From Heterodontus francisci (lineage: Eukaryota), in the NCBI RefSeq assembly GCF_036365525.1, contig NC_090378.1, forward strand, positions 122,311,593 through 122,375,592: a stretch of 64,000 nt of DNA, in the 5' to 3' direction. Below the pieces are notes generated by a model. It was not told the origin of the DNA and did not search any database. It worked only from the letters and a program-made list of their open reading frames with translations. Shown here piece by piece: positions 39,501 through 57,500 of this stretch (the stretch's first letter is position 1; every line of letters begins with the position of its first letter). Position numbers and translations under genes: made by a program.

Positions 39501-42500
39501 GTCCCACCTCCTGTACTGACACATCCCACTGTTATATATAATATATAATAATGGACACACAGTCCCAGCTCCTGTACTGACACGTCCCACAGTTATATAT
39601 AATGTATAATAATGGACACACAGTCCCACCTCCTGTACTGACACATCCCACAGATATATAATATAATAATGGACACACAGTACCACCTCCTGTACTGACA
39701 CGTCCCACAATTACATATAATATATAATAATGGACACACAGTCCCACCTCCTGTACTGACACGTCCCACAGTTATATATAATATATAATAATGGACACAC
39801 AGTCCCACCTCCTGTACTGACACGTCCCACAGTTATATATAATATATAATAATGGACACACAGTCCCACCTCCTGTCCTGACACGTCCCACAGTTATATA
39901 ATATAATAATGGACACACAGTCCCACCTCCTGTACTGACACCTCCCACAGTTATATATAATATATAATAATGGACACACAGTCCCATCTCCTGTACTGAC
40001 ACGTCCCACAGTTATATATAATATATAATAATGGACACACAGTCCCATTTCCTGTACTGACACGTCCCACAGTTATATATAATATATAATAATGGACACA
40101 TAGTCCCACCTCCTGTACTGACACATCCCACACTTATATATAATATATAATAATGGACACACAGTCCCACCTCCTGTACTGACACATCCCACACTTATAT
40201 ATAATATATAATAATGGACACACAGTCCCACCGCCTGTACTGACACATCCCACAGATATATATAATAAAAAATAATGGACTCACAGTCCCACCTCCTGTA
40301 CTGACACATCCCACAGTTATATATAATATATAATAATGGACACACAGTCCCACCGCCTGTACTGACACATCCCACAGATATATATAATAAAAAATAATGG
40401 ACTCACAGTCCCACCTCCTGTACTGACACATCCCACAGTTATATATAATATATGATAATGGACACGCAGTCCCACCTCCTGTACTGACTCATCCCACAGT
40501 TATATATAATTTATGATAATGGACACACAGTCCCACCTCCTGTACTGACACTTCCCACAGTTACATACAATATATAATAATGGACACACAGTCCCACCTC
40601 CTGCACTGACACGTCCCACAGTTATATACAATATATAATAATGGACACACAGTCCCACCTCCTGTATACTGACACATCCCACAGTTATATATAATATATA
40701 ATAATGGACACACAGTCCCACCTCATGTACTGACATATCCCACAGTTATATACAATATATAATAATGGACACACAGTCCCACCTCCTGGACTGACACATC
40801 CCACAGTTATATGTAATATATAATAATGGACACACGGTCCCACCTCCTGTACTGACACATCCCACAGTTATATATAATATATAATAATGGACACACAGTC
40901 CCACCTCCTGGACTGACACATCCCACAGTTATATATAATATATAATAATGGACACACCGTCTCACCTCCTGGACTGACACATCCCACAGTTATATATAAT
41001 ATATAATAATGGACACTCAGTCCCACCTCCTGTACTGACACATCCCACAGTTATATATAATATATAATAATGGACACACAGTCCCACCTCCTGTACTGAC
41101 ACGTCCCAAAGTTATATATAATATATAATAATGGACACACAGTCCCACCTCCTGTACTGACATGTCCCACAGTTATATATAATATATAATAATGGACACA
41201 CAGTCCCACCTCCTGTACTGACACGTCCCACAGTTATATAATATAATAATGGACACACAGTCCCACCTCCTGTACTGACACGTCCCACAGTTATATATAA
41301 TATATAATAATGGACACACAGTCCCACCTCCTGTACTGACACGTCCCACAGTTATATATAATATATAATAATGGACACACAGTCCCACCTCCTGTACTGA
41401 CACATCCCACAGTTATATATAATATATAATAATGGACACACAGTCCCACCTCCTGTACTGAGACGTCCCACAGTTATATAATATAATAATGGACACACAG
41501 TCCCACCTCCTGCACTGACACGTCCCACAGTTCTATATAAGATATAATAATGAACACACAGTCCCACCTCCGGTACTGACTCATCCCACAGTTATATATA
41601 ATATATAATAATGGACACACAGTCCCACCTCCTGTACTGACACGTCCACAGTTATATATAATATATAATAATGGACACACAGTCCCACCTCCTGTACTGA
41701 CACGTCCCACAGTTATATATAATATATAATAATGGACACACAGTCCCACCTCCTGTACTGACACGTCCACAGTTATATATAATATATAATAATGGACACA
41801 CAGTCCCACCTCCTGTACTGACACATCCCACAGTTATATATAATATATAATAATGGACACACAGTCCCACCTCCTGTACTGACATGTCCCACAGTTATAT
41901 AAAATATATAATAATGGATACACAGTCCCACCTCCTGTACTGACATGTCCCACAGTTATATAAAATATATAATAATGGACACACAGTCCCACCTCCTGTA
42001 CTGACACATCCCACAGTTATATATAATATATAATAATGGACACACAGTCCCACCTCCTGTACTGACATGTCCCACAGTTATATAAAATATATAATAATGG
42101 ATACACAGTCCCACCTCCTGTACTGACATGTCCCACAGTTATATAATATAATAATGGACACACAGTCCCACCTCCTGTACTGACACATCCCACAGTTATA
42201 TATAATATATAATAATGGACACACAGTCCCACCTCCTGTACTGACATGTCCCACAGTTATATAATATAATAATGGACACACAGTCCCACCTCCTGTACTG
42301 ACATGTCCCACAGTTATATAATATAATAATGGACACACAGTCCCACCTCCTGTACTGACACATCCCACAGTTATATATAATATATAATAATGGACACACA
42401 GTCCCACCTCCTGTACTGACATGTCCCACAGTTATATAATATAATAATGGACACACAGTCCCACCTCCTGTACTGACACATCCCACAGTTATATATAATA

Positions 42501-45500
42501 TATAATAATGGACACACAGTCCCACCTCCTGTACTGACATGTCCCACAGTTATATAATATAATAATGGACACACAGTCCCACCTCCTGTACTGACATGTC
42601 CCACAGTTATATAATATAATAATGGACACACAGTCCCACCTCCTGTACTGACACATCCCACTGTTATATATAATATATAATAATGGACACACAGTCCCAC
42701 CTCCTGTACTGACATGTCCCACAGTTATATAATATAATAATGGACACACAGTCCCAACTCCTGTACTGACACATCCCACTGTTATATATAATATATAATA
42801 ATGGACACACAGTCCCAGCTCCTGTACTGACACGTCCCACAGTTATATATAATGTATAATAATGGACACACAGTCCCACCTCCTGTACTGACACATCCCA
42901 CAGTTATATAATATAATAATGGACACACAGTACCACCTCCTGTACTGACACGTCCCACAATTACATATAATATATAATAATGGACACACAGTCCCACCTC
43001 CTGTACTGACACATCCCACAGTTATATATAATATATAATAATGGACACACAGTCCCACCTCCTGTACTGACACGTCCACAGTTATATATAATATATAATA
43101 ATGGACACACAGTCCCACCTCCTGTACTGACACATCCCACAGTTATATATAATATATAATAATGGACACACAGTCCCACCTCCTGTACTGACACGTCCAC
43201 AGTTATATATAATATATAATAATGGACACACAGTCCCACCTCCTGTACTGACACATCCCACAGTTATATAAAATATATAATAATGGATACACAGTCCCAC
43301 CTCCTGTACTGACATGTCCCACAGTTATATAATATAATAATGGACACACAGTCCCACCTCCTGTACTGACATGTCCCACAGTTATATAATATAATAATGG
43401 ACACACAGTCCCACCTCCTGTACTGACACATCCCACAGTTATATATAATATATAATAATGGACACACAGTCCCACCTCCTGTACTGACATGTCCCACAGT
43501 TATATAATATAATAATGGACACACAGTCCCACCTCCTGTACTGACATGTCCCACAGTTATATAATATAATAATGGACACACAGTCCCACCTCCTGTACTG
43601 ACACATCCCACTGTTATATATAATATATAATAATGGACACACAGTCCCACCTCCTGTACTGACATGTCCCACAGTTATATAATATAATAATGGACACACA
43701 GTCCCACCTCCTGTACTGACACATCCCACTGTTATATATAATATATAATAATGGACACACAGTCCCAGCTCCTGTACTGACACGTCCCACAGTTATATAT
43801 AATGTATAATAATGGACACACAGTCCCACCTCCTGTACTGACACATCCCACAGATATATAATATAATAATGGACACACAGTACCACCTCCTGTACTGACA
43901 CGTCCCACAATTACATATAATATATAATAATGGACACACAGTCCCACCTCCTGTACTGACACGTCCCACAGTTATATATAATATATAATAATGGACACAC
44001 AGTCCCACCTCCTGTACTGACACGTCCCACAGTTATATATAATATATAATAATGGACACACAGTCCCACCTCCTGTCCTGACACGTCCCACAGTTATATA
44101 ATATAATAATGGACACACAGTCCCACCTCCTGTACTGACACCTCCCACAGTTATATATAATATATAATAATGGACACACAGTCCCATCTCCTGTACTGAC
44201 ACGTCCCACAGTTATATATAATATATAATAATGGACACACAGTCCCATTTCCTGTACTGACACGTCCCACAGTTATATATAATATATAATAATGGACACA
44301 TAGTCCCACCTCCTGTACTGACACATCCCACACTTATATATAATATATAATAATGGACACACAGTCCCACCTCCTGTACTGACACATCCCACACTTATAT
44401 ATAATATATAATAATGGACACACAGTCCCACCGCCTGTACTGACACATCCCACAGATATATATAATAAAAAATAATGGACTCACAGTCCCACCTCCTGTA
44501 CTGACACATCCCACAGTTATATATAATATATAATAATGGACACACAGTCCCACCGCCTGTACTGACACATCCCACAGATATATATAATAAAAAATAATGG
44601 ACTCACAGTCCCACCTCCTGTACTGACACATCCCACAGTTATATATAATATATGATAATGGACACGCAGTCCCACCTCCTGTACTGACTCATCCCACAGT
44701 TATATATAATTTATGATAATGGACACACAGTCCCACCTCCTGTACTGACACTTCCCACAGTTACATACAATATATAATAATGGACACACAGTCCCACCTC
44801 CTGCACTGACACGTCCCACAGTTATATACAATATATAATAATGGACACACAGTCCCACCTCCTGTATACTGACACATCCCACAGTTATATATAATATATA
44901 ATAATGGACACACAGTCCCACCTCATGTACTGACATATCCCACAGTTATATACAATATATAATAATGGACACACAGTCCCACCTCCTGGACTGACACATC
45001 CCACAGTTATATGTAATATATAATAATGGACACACGGTCCCACCTCCTGTACTGACACATCCCACAGTTATATATAATATATAATAATGGACACACAGTC
45101 CCACCTCCTGGACTGACACATCCCACAGTTATATATAATATATAATAATGGACACACCGTCTCACCTCCTGGACTGACACATCCCACAGTTATATATAAT
45201 ATATAATAATGGACACTCAGTCCCACCTCCTGTACTGACACATCCCACAGTTATATATAATATATAATAATGGACACACAGTCCCACCTCCTGTACTGAC
45301 ACGTCCCAAAGTTATATATAATATATAATAATGGACACACAGTCCCACCTCCTGTACTGACATGTCCCACAGTTATATATAATATATAATAATGGACACA
45401 CAGTCCCACCTCCTGTACTGACACGTCCCACAGTTATATAATATAATAATGGACACACAGTCCCACCTCCTGTACTGACACGTCCCACAGTTATATATAA

Positions 45501-48500
45501 TATATAATAATGGACACACAGTCCCACCTCCTGTACTGACACGTCCCACAGTTATATATAATATATAATAATGGACACACAGTCCCACCTCCTGTACTGA
45601 CACATCCCACAGTTATATATAATATATAATAATGGACACACAGTCCCACCTCCTGTACTGAGACGTCCCACAGTTATATAATATAATAATGGACACACAG
45701 TCCCACCTCCTGCACTGACACGTCCCACAGTTCTATATAAGATATAATAATGAACACACAGTCCCACCTCCGGTACTGACTCATCCCACAGTTATATATA
45801 ATATATAATAATGGACACACAGTCCCACCTCCTGTACTGACACGTCCACAGTTATATATAATATATAATAATGGACACACAGTCCCACCTCCTGTACTGA
45901 CACGTCCCACAGTTATATATAATATATAATAATGGACACACAGTCCCACCTCCTGTACTGACACGTCCACAGTTATATATAATATATAATAATGGACACA
46001 CAGTCCCACCTCCTGTACTGACACATCCCACAGTTATATATAATATATAATAATGGACACACAGTCCCACCTCCTGTACTGACATGTCCCACAGTTATAT
46101 AAAATATATAATAATGGATACACAGTCCCACCTCCTGTACTGACATGTCCCACAGTTATATAAAATATATAATAATGGACACACAGTCCCACCTCCTGTA
46201 CTGACACATCCCACAGTTATATATAATATATAATAATGGACACACAGTCCCACCTCCTGTACTGACATGTCCCACAGTTATATAAAATATATAATAATGG
46301 ATACACAGTCCCACCTCCTGTACTGACATGTCCCACAGTTATATAATATAATAATGGACACACAGTCCCACCTCCTGTACTGACACATCCCACAGTTATA
46401 TATAATATATAATAATGGACACACAGTCCCACCTCCTGTACTGACATGTCCCACAGTTATATAATATAATAATGGACACACAGTCCCACCTCCTGTACTG
46501 ACATGTCCCACAGTTATATAATATAATAATGGACACACAGTCCCACCTCCTGTACTGACACATCCCACAGTTATATATAATATATAATAATGGACACACA
46601 GTCCCACCTCCTGTACTGACATGTCCCACAGTTATATAATATAATAATGGACACACAGTCCCACCTCCTGTACTGACACATCCCACAGTTATATATAATA
46701 TATAATAATGGACACACAGTCCCACCTCCTGTACTGACATGTCCCACAGTTATATAATATAATAATGGACACACAGTCCCACCTCCTGTACTGACATGTC
46801 CCACAGTTATATAATATAATAATGGACACACAGTCCCACCTCCTGTACTGACACATCCCACTGTTATATATAATATATAATAATGGACACACAGTCCCAC
46901 CTCCTGTACTGACATGTCCCACAGTTATATAATATAATAATGGACACACAGTCCCAACTCCTGTACTGACACATCCCACTGTTATATATAATATATAATA
47001 ATGGACACACAGTCCCAGCTCCTGTACTGACACGTCCCACAGTTATATATAATGTATAATAATGGACACACAGTCCCACCTCCTGTACTGACACATCCCA
47101 CAGTTATATAATATAATAATGGACACACAGTACCACCTCCTGTACTGACACGTCCCACAATTACATATAATATATAATAATGGACACACAGTCCCACCTC
47201 CTGTACTGACACGTCCCACAGTTATATATAATATATAATAATGGACACACAGTCCCACCTCCTGTACTGACATGTCCCACAGTTATATATAAGTTATAAT
47301 AATGGACACACAGTCCCACCTCCTGTACTGACACGTCCCACAGTTATATATAATATATAATAATGGACACACAGTCCCACCTCCTGTCCTGACACGTCCC
47401 ACAGTTATATAATATAATAATGGACACACAGTCCCACCTCCTGTACTGACACCTCCCACAGTTATATATAATATATAATAATGGACACACAGTCCCATCT
47501 CCTGTACTGACACGTCCCACAGTTATATATAATATATAATAATGGACACACAGTCCCATCTCCTGTACTGACACGTCCCACAGTTATATATAATATATAA
47601 TAATGGACACATAGTCCCACCTCCTGTACTGACACATCCCACACTTATATATAATATATAATAATGGACACACAGTCCCACCTCCTGTACTGACACATCC
47701 CACACTTATATATAATATATAATAATGGACACACAGTCCCACCGCCTGTACTGACACATCCCACAGATATATATAATAAAAAATAATGGACTCACAGTCC
47801 CACCTCCTGTACTGACACATCCCACAGTTATATATAATATATAATAATGGACACACAGTCCCACCGCCTGTACTGACACATCCCACAGATATATATAATA
47901 AAAAATAATGGACTCACAGTCCCACCTCCTGTACTGACACATCCCACAGTTATATATAATATATGATAATGGACACGCAGTCCCACCTCCTGTACTGACT
48001 CATCCCACAGTTATATATAATTTATGATAATGGACACACAGTCCCACCTCCTGTACTGACACTTCCCACAGTTACATACAATATATAATAATGGACACAC
48101 AGTCCCACCTCCTGCACTGACACGTCCCACAGTTATATAAAATATATAATAATGGACACACAGTCCCACCTCCTGTACTGACACGTCCCACAGTTATATA
48201 TAATATATAATAATGGACACACAGTCCCACCTCCTGTACTGACACGTCCCACAGTTATATACAATATATAATAATGGACACACAGTCCCACCTCCTGGAC
48301 TGACACATCCCACAGTTATATGTAATATATAATAATGGACACACGGTCGCACCTCCTGTACTGACACATCCCACAGTTATATATAATATATAATAATGGA
48401 CACACAGTCCCACCTCCTGGACTGACACATCCCACAGTTATATATAATATATAATAATGGACACACCGTCTCACCTCCTGGACTGACACATCCCACAGTT

Positions 48501-51500
48501 ATATATAATATATAATAATGGACACTCAGTCCCACCTCCTGTACTGACACATCCCACAGTTATATATAATATATAATAATGGACACACAGTCCCACCTCC
48601 TGTACTGACATGTCCCACAGTTATATATAAGTTATAATAATGGACACACAGTCCCACCTCCTGTACTGACACGTCCCACAGTTATATATAATATATAATA
48701 ATGGACACACAGTCCCACCTCCTGTCCTGACACGTCCCACAGTTATATAATATAATAATGGACACACAGTCCCACCTCCTGTACTGACACCTCCCACAGT
48801 TATATATAATATATAATAATGGACACACAGTCCCATCTCCTGTACTGACACGTCCCACAGTTATATATAATATATAATAATGGACACACAGTCCCATCTC
48901 CTGTACTGACACGTCCCACAGTTATATATAATATATAATAATGGACACATAGTCCCACCTCCTGTACTGACACATCCCACACTTATATATAATATATAAT
49001 AATGGACACACAGTCCCACCTCCTGTACTGACACATCCCACACTTATATATAATATATAATAATGGACACACAGTCCCACCGCCTGTACTGACACATCCC
49101 ACAGATATATATAATAAAAAATAATGGACTCACAGTCCCACCTCCTGTACTGACACATCCCACAGTTATATATAATATATATTAATGGACACACAGTCCC
49201 ACCGCCTGTACTGACACATCCCACAGATATATATAATAAAAAATAATGGACTCACAGTCCCACCTCCTGTACTGACACATCCCACAGTTATATATAATAT
49301 ATGATAATGGACACGCAGTCCCACCTCCTGTACTGACTCATCCCACAGTTATATATAATTTATGATAATGGACACACAGTCCCACCTCCTGTACTGACAC
49401 TTCCCACAGTTACATACAATATATAATAATGGACACACAGTCCCACCTCCTGCACTGACACGTCCCACAGTTATGTACAATATATAATAATGGACACACA
49501 GTCCCACCTCCTGGACTGACACATCCCACAGTTATATGTAATATATAATAATGGACACACGGTCCCACCTCCTGTACTGACACATCCCACAGTTATATAT
49601 AATATATAATAATGGACACACAGTCCCACCTCCTGGACTGACACATCCCACAGTTATATATAATATATAATAATGGACACACCGTCTCACCTCCTGGACT
49701 GACACATCCCACAGTTATATAAAATATATAATAATGGACACTCAGTCCCACCTCCTGTACTGACACATCCCACAGTTATATATAATAAATAATAATGGAC
49801 ACACAGTCCCACCTCCTGCACTGCCACATCCCACAGTTATATATAATATAGAATAATGGACACACAGTCCCACCGCCTGTACTGACACATCCCACAGATA
49901 TATATAATAAAAAATAATGGACTCACAGTCCCACCTCCTGTACTGACACATCCCACAGTTATATATAATATATAATAATGGACACACTGACCCACCTCCT
50001 GTACTGACACATCCCACAGTTATATATAATATATAATAATGGACACACAGTCCCACCTCCTGTACTGACACATCCCACAGATATATATAATAAAAAATAA
50101 TGGACTCACAGTCCCACCTCCTGTACTGACACATCCCACAGTTATATACAATATATAATAATGGACACACAGTCCCACCTCCTGTACTGACACATCCCAC
50201 AGATATATATAATAAAAAATAATGGACTCACAGTCCCACCTCCTGTACTGACACATCCCACAGTTATATACAATATATAATAATGGACACACAGTCCCAC
50301 CTCCTGGACTGACACATCCCACAGTTATATGTAATATATAATAATGGACACACGGTCCCACCTCCTGTACTGACACATCCCACAGCTATATATAATATAT
50401 AATAATGGACACACAGTCCCACCTCCTGGACTGACACATCCCACAGTTATATATAATATATAATAATGGACACACAGTCCCACCTCCTGGACTGACAAAT
50501 CCCACAGTTATATATAATATATAATAATGGACACGCAGTCTCACCTCCTGCACTGACACATCCCACAGTTATATGTAATATATAATAATGGACACACGGT
50601 CCCACCTCCTGCACTGACACATCCCACAGTTATATATAATATATAATAATGGACACGCAGTCTCACCTCCTGCACTGACACATCCCACAGTTATATGTAA
50701 TATATAATAATGGACACACGGTCCCACCTCCTGCACTGACACATCCCACAGGTATATATAATATATAATAATGGACACGCAGTCTCACCTCCTGTACTGA
50801 CACATCCCACAGTTATATGTAATATATAATAATGGAAACACGGTCCCACCTCCTGCACTGACACATCCCACAGTTATATATAATATATAATAATGGACAC
50901 ACAGTCCCACCTCCTGTACTGACACATCCCACAGTTATATATAATATATAATAATGGACACACGGTCCCACCTCCTGTACTGACACATCCCACAGTTATA
51001 TATAATATATAATAATGGACACACAGTCCCACCTCCTGTACTGAAATGTCCCACAGTTATATATAATATATAATAATGGACACACAGTCCCACCTCCTGT
51101 ACTGACACGTCCCAAAGTTATATATAATATATAATAATGGACACACAGTCCCACCTCCTGTACTGACATGTCCCACAGTTATATATAATATATAATAATG
51201 GACACACAGTCCCACCTCCTGTACTGACACGTCCCACAGTTATATAATATAATAATGGACACACAGTCCCACCTCCTGTACTGACACGTCCCAAAGTTAT
51301 ATATAATATATAATAATGGACACACAGTCCCACCTCCTGTACTGACACGTCCCACAGTTATATAATATAATAATGAACACACAGTCCCACCTCCTGTACT
51401 GACACGTCCCAAAGTTATATATAATATATAATAATGGACTCACAGTCCCACCTCCTGTACTGACACATCCCACAGTTATATATAATATATGATAATGGAC

Positions 51501-54500
51501 ACGCAGTCCCACCTCCTGTACTGACACATCCCACAGTTATATATAATTTATGATAATGGACACACAGTCCCACCTCCTGTACTGACACTTCCCACAGTTA
51601 CATACAATATATAATAATGGACACACAGTCCCACCTCCTGCACTGACACGTCCCACAGTTATGTACAATATATAATAATGGACACACAGTCCCACCTCCT
51701 GTACTGACACGTCCCACAGTTATATATAATATATAATAATGGACACACAGTCCCACCTCCTGTACTGACACGTCCCACAGTTATATACAATATATAATAA
51801 TGGACACACAGTCCCACCTCCTGGACTGACACATCCCACAGTTATATGTAATATATAATAATGGACACACGGTCCCACCTCCTGTACTGACACATCCCAC
51901 AGTTATATATAATATATAATAATGGACACACAGTCCCACCTCCTGGACTGACACATCCCACAGTTATATATAATATATAATAATGGACACACCGTCTCAC
52001 CTCCTGGACTGACACATCCCACAGTTATATATAATATATAATAATGGACACTCAGTCCCACCTCCTGTACTGACACATCCCACAGTTATATATAATAAAT
52101 AATAATGGACACACAGTCCCACCTCCTGCACTGACACATCCCACAGTTATATATAATATATAATAATGGACACACAGTCCCACCTCCTGTACTGACACAT
52201 CCCACATTTATATATAATATATAATAATGGACACACAGTCCCACCTCCTGTACTGACACATCCCACAGTTATATATAATATATAATAATGGACACACAGT
52301 CCCACCTCCTGGACTGACACATCCCACAGTTATATATAATAAATAATAATGGACACACAGTCCCACCTCCTGTACTGACACATCCCACAGTTATATATAA
52401 TAAATAATAATGGACACACAGTCCCACCTCCTGTACTGACACATCCCACAGTTATATATAATATATAATAATGGACACTCAGTCCCACCTCCTGTACTGA
52501 CACATCCCACAGTTATATATAATAAATAATAATGGACACACAGTCCCACCTCCTGCACTGACACATCCCACAGTTATATATAATATATAATAATGGACAC
52601 ACAGTCCCACCTCCTGTACTGACACATCCCACAGTTATATATAATATATAATAATGTACACACAGTCCCACCTCCTGTACTGACACATCCCACATTTATA
52701 TATAATATATAATGATGGACACACAGTCCCACCTCCTGGAATGACACATCCCACAGTTATATATAATAAATAATAATGGACACACAGTCCCACCTCCTGT
52801 ACTGACACATCCCACAGTTATATATAATAAATAATAATGGACACACAGTCCCACCTCCTGTCCTGACACATCCCACAGTTATATATAATATATAATAATG
52901 GACACACAGTCCCACCTCCTGGACTGACACATCCCACAGTTATATATAATAAATAATAATGGACACACAGTCCCACCTCCTGTACTGACACATCCCACAG
53001 TTATATATAATAAATAATAATGGACACACAGTCCCACCTCCTGTACTGACACATCCCACAGTTATATATAATATATAATAATGGACACTCAGTCCCACCT
53101 CCTGTACTGACACATCCCACAGTTATATATAATATATAATAATGGACACACAGTCCCACCTCCTGCACTGACACATCCCACAGTTATATATAATATATAA
53201 TAATGGACACACAGTCCCACCTCCTGTACTGACACATCCCACAGTTATATATAATATATAATAATGGACACACAGTCCCACCTCCTGTACTGACACATCC
53301 CACATTTATATATAATATATAATAATGGACACACAGTCCCACCTCCTGCACTGACACATCCCACAGTTATATATAATATATAATAATGGACACACAGTCC
53401 CACCGCCTGTACTGACACATCCCACAGATATATATAATAAAAAATAATGGACTCACAGTCCCACCTCCTGTACTGACACATCCCACAGCTATATATAATA
53501 TATAATAATGGACACACTGTCCCACCTCCTGGACTGACACATCCCACAGTTATATATAATATATAATAATGGACACACTGACCCACCTCCTGTACTGACA
53601 CATCCCACAGTTATATATAATATATAATAATGGACACACAGTCCCACCTCCTGTACTGACACATCCCACAGATATATATAATAAAAAATAATGGACTCAC
53701 AGTCCCACCTCCTGTACTGACACATCCCACAGTTATATACAATATATAATAATGGACACACAGTTCCACCTCCTGGACTGACACGTCCCACAGTTATATA
53801 CAATATATAATAATGGACACACAGTCCCACCTCCTGTACTGACACATCCCACAGTTATATGTAATATATAATAATGGACTCACAGTCCCACCTCCTGTAC
53901 TGACACATCCCACAGCTATATATAATATATAATAATGGACACACAGTCCCACCTCCTGCACTGACACATCCCACAGTTATATGTAATATATAATAATGGA
54001 CACACGGTCCCACCTCCTGTACTGACACATCCCACAGCTATATATAATATATAATAATGGACACACAGTCCCACCTCCTGCACTGACACATCCCACAGTT
54101 ATATATAATATATAATAATGGACACACAGTCCCACCTCCTGGACTGACACATCCCACAGTTATATAAAATATATAATAATGGACACACAGTCCCACCTCC
54201 TGGACTGACAAATCCCACAGTTATATATAATATATAATAATGGACACGCAGTCTCACCTCCTGCACTGACACATCCCACAGTTATATGTAATATATAATA
54301 ATGGACACACGGTCCCACCTCCTGCACTGACACATCCCACAGGTATATATAATATATAATAATGGACACGCAGTCTCACCTCCTGTACTGACACATCCCA
54401 CAGTTATATGTAATATATAATAATGGACACACAGTCCCACCTCCTGTACTGACACATCCCACAGTTATATGTAATATATAATAATGGACACACGGTCCCA

Positions 54501-57500
54501 CCTCCTGCACTGACACATCCCACAGGTATATATAATATATAATAATGGACACGCAGTCTCACCTCCTGTACTGACACATCCCACAGTTATATGTAATATA
54601 TAATAATGGACACACGGTCCCACCTCCTGCACTGACACATCCCACAGTTATATATAATATATAATAATGGACACACAGTCCCACCTCCTGTACTGACACA
54701 TCCCACATTTATATATAATATATAATAATGGACACACGGTCCCACCTCCTGTACTGACACATCCCACAGTTATATATAATATATAATAATGGACACACAG
54801 TCCCACCTCCTGTACTGAAATGTCCCACAGTTATATATAATATATAATAATGGACACACAGTCCCACCTCCTGTACTGACACGTCCCAAAGTTATATATA
54901 ATATATAATAATGGACACACAGTCCCACCTCCTGTACTGACATGTCCCACAGTTATATATAATATATAATAATGGACACACAGTCCCACCTCCTGTACTG
55001 ACACGTCCACAGTTATATAATATAATAATGGACACACAGTCCCACCTCCTGTACTGACACGTCCCAAAGTTATATATAATATATAATAATGGACACACAG
55101 TCCCACCTCCTGTACTGACATGTCCCACAGTTATATATAATATATAATAATGGACACACAGTCCCACCTCCTGTACTGACACGTCCCACAGTTATATAAT
55201 ATAATAATGGACACACAGTCCCACCTCCTGTACTGACACGTCCCACAGTTATATATAATATATAATAATGGACACACAGTCCCACCTCCTGTACTGACAC
55301 GTCCCACAGTTATATATAATATATAATAATGGACACACAGTCCCACCTCCTGTACTGACACATCCCACAGTTATATATAATATATAATAATGGACACACA
55401 GTCCCACCTCCTGTACTGACACGTCCCACAGTTATATAATATAATAATGGACACACAGTCCCACCTCCTGCACTGACACGTCCCACAGTTCTATATAAGA
55501 TATAATAATGAACACACAGTCCCACCTCCGGTACTGACACATCCCACAGTTATATATAATATATAATAATGGACACACAGTCCCACCTCCTGTACTGACA
55601 CGTCCACAGTTATATATAATATATAATAATGGACACACAGTCCCACCTCCTGTCCTGACAAGTCCCACAGTTATATATAATATATAATAATGGACACACA
55701 GTCCCACCTCCTGTACTGACACGTCCACAGTTATATATAATATATAATAATGGACACACAGTCCCACCTCCTGTACTGACACATCCCACAGTTATATATA
55801 ATATATAATAATGGACACACAGTCCCACCTCCTGTACTGACATGTCCCACAGTTATATAATATAATAATGGACACACAGTCCCACCTCCTGTACTGACAT
55901 GTCCCACAGTTATATAATATAATAATGGACACACAGTCCCACTTCCTGTACTGACATTTCCCACAGTTATATAATATAATAATGGACACACAGTCCCACC
56001 TCCTGTACTGACACATCCCACAGTTATATATAATATATAATAATGGACACACAGTCCCACCTCCTGTACTGACATGTCCCACAGTTATATAATATAATAA
56101 TGGACACACAGTCCCACCTCCTGTACTGACATGTCCCACAGTTATATAATATAATAATGGACACACAGTCCCACCTCCTGTACTGACACATCCCACTGTT
56201 ATATATAATATATAATAATGGACACACAGTCCCAGCTCCTGTACTGACACATCCCACAGTTATATATAATATATAATAATGGACACACAGTCCCACCTCC
56301 TGTACTGACACATCCCACAGTTATATAATATAATAATGGACACACAGTACCACCTCCTGTACTGACACGTCCCACAATTACATATAATATATAATAATGG
56401 ACACACAGTCCCACCTCCTGTACTGACACGTCCCACAGTTATATATAAGATATAATAATGGACACACAGTCCCACCTCCTGTACTGACACGTCCCACAGT
56501 TATATATAATATATAATAATGGACACACAGTCCCACCTCCTGTCCTGACACGTCCCACAGTTATATAATATAATAATGGACACACAGTCCCACCTCCTGT
56601 ACTGACAGCTCCCACAGTTATATATAATATATAATAATGGACACACAGTCCCATCTCCTGTACTGACACGTCCCACAGTTATATATAATATATAATAATG
56701 GACACACAGTCCCATCTCCTGTACTGACACGTCCCACAGTTATATATAATATATAATAATGGACACATAGTCCCACCTCCTGTACTGACACATCCCACAC
56801 TTATATATAATATATAATAATGGACACACAGTCCCACCTCCTGTACTGACACATCCCACACTTATATATAATATATAATAATGGACACACAGTCCCACCG
56901 CCTGTACTGACACATCCCACAGTTATATATAATAATGGACACACAGTCCCACCGCCTGTACTGACACATCCCACAGATATATATAATAAAAAATAATGGA
57001 CTCACAGTCCCACCTCCTGTACTGACACATCCCACAGTTATATATAATATATGATAATGGACACGCAGTCCCACCTCCTGTACTGACACATCCCACAGTT
57101 ATATATAATTTATGATAATGGACACACAGTCCCACCTCCTGTACTGACACTTCCCACAGTTACATACAATATATAATAATGGACACACAGTCCCACCTCC
57201 TGTACTGACACGTCCCACAGTTATATACAATATATAATAATGGACACACAGTCCCACCTCCTGTACTGAGACGTCCCACAGTTATATATAATATATAATA
57301 ATGGACACACAGTCCCACCTCCTGTACTGACACGTCCCACAGTTATATACAATATATAATAATGGACACACAGTCCCACCTCCTGGACTGACACATCCCA
57401 CAGTTATATGTAATATATAATAATGGACACACGGTCCCACCTCCTGTACTGACACATCCCACAGTTATATATAATATATAATAATGGACACACAGTCCCA

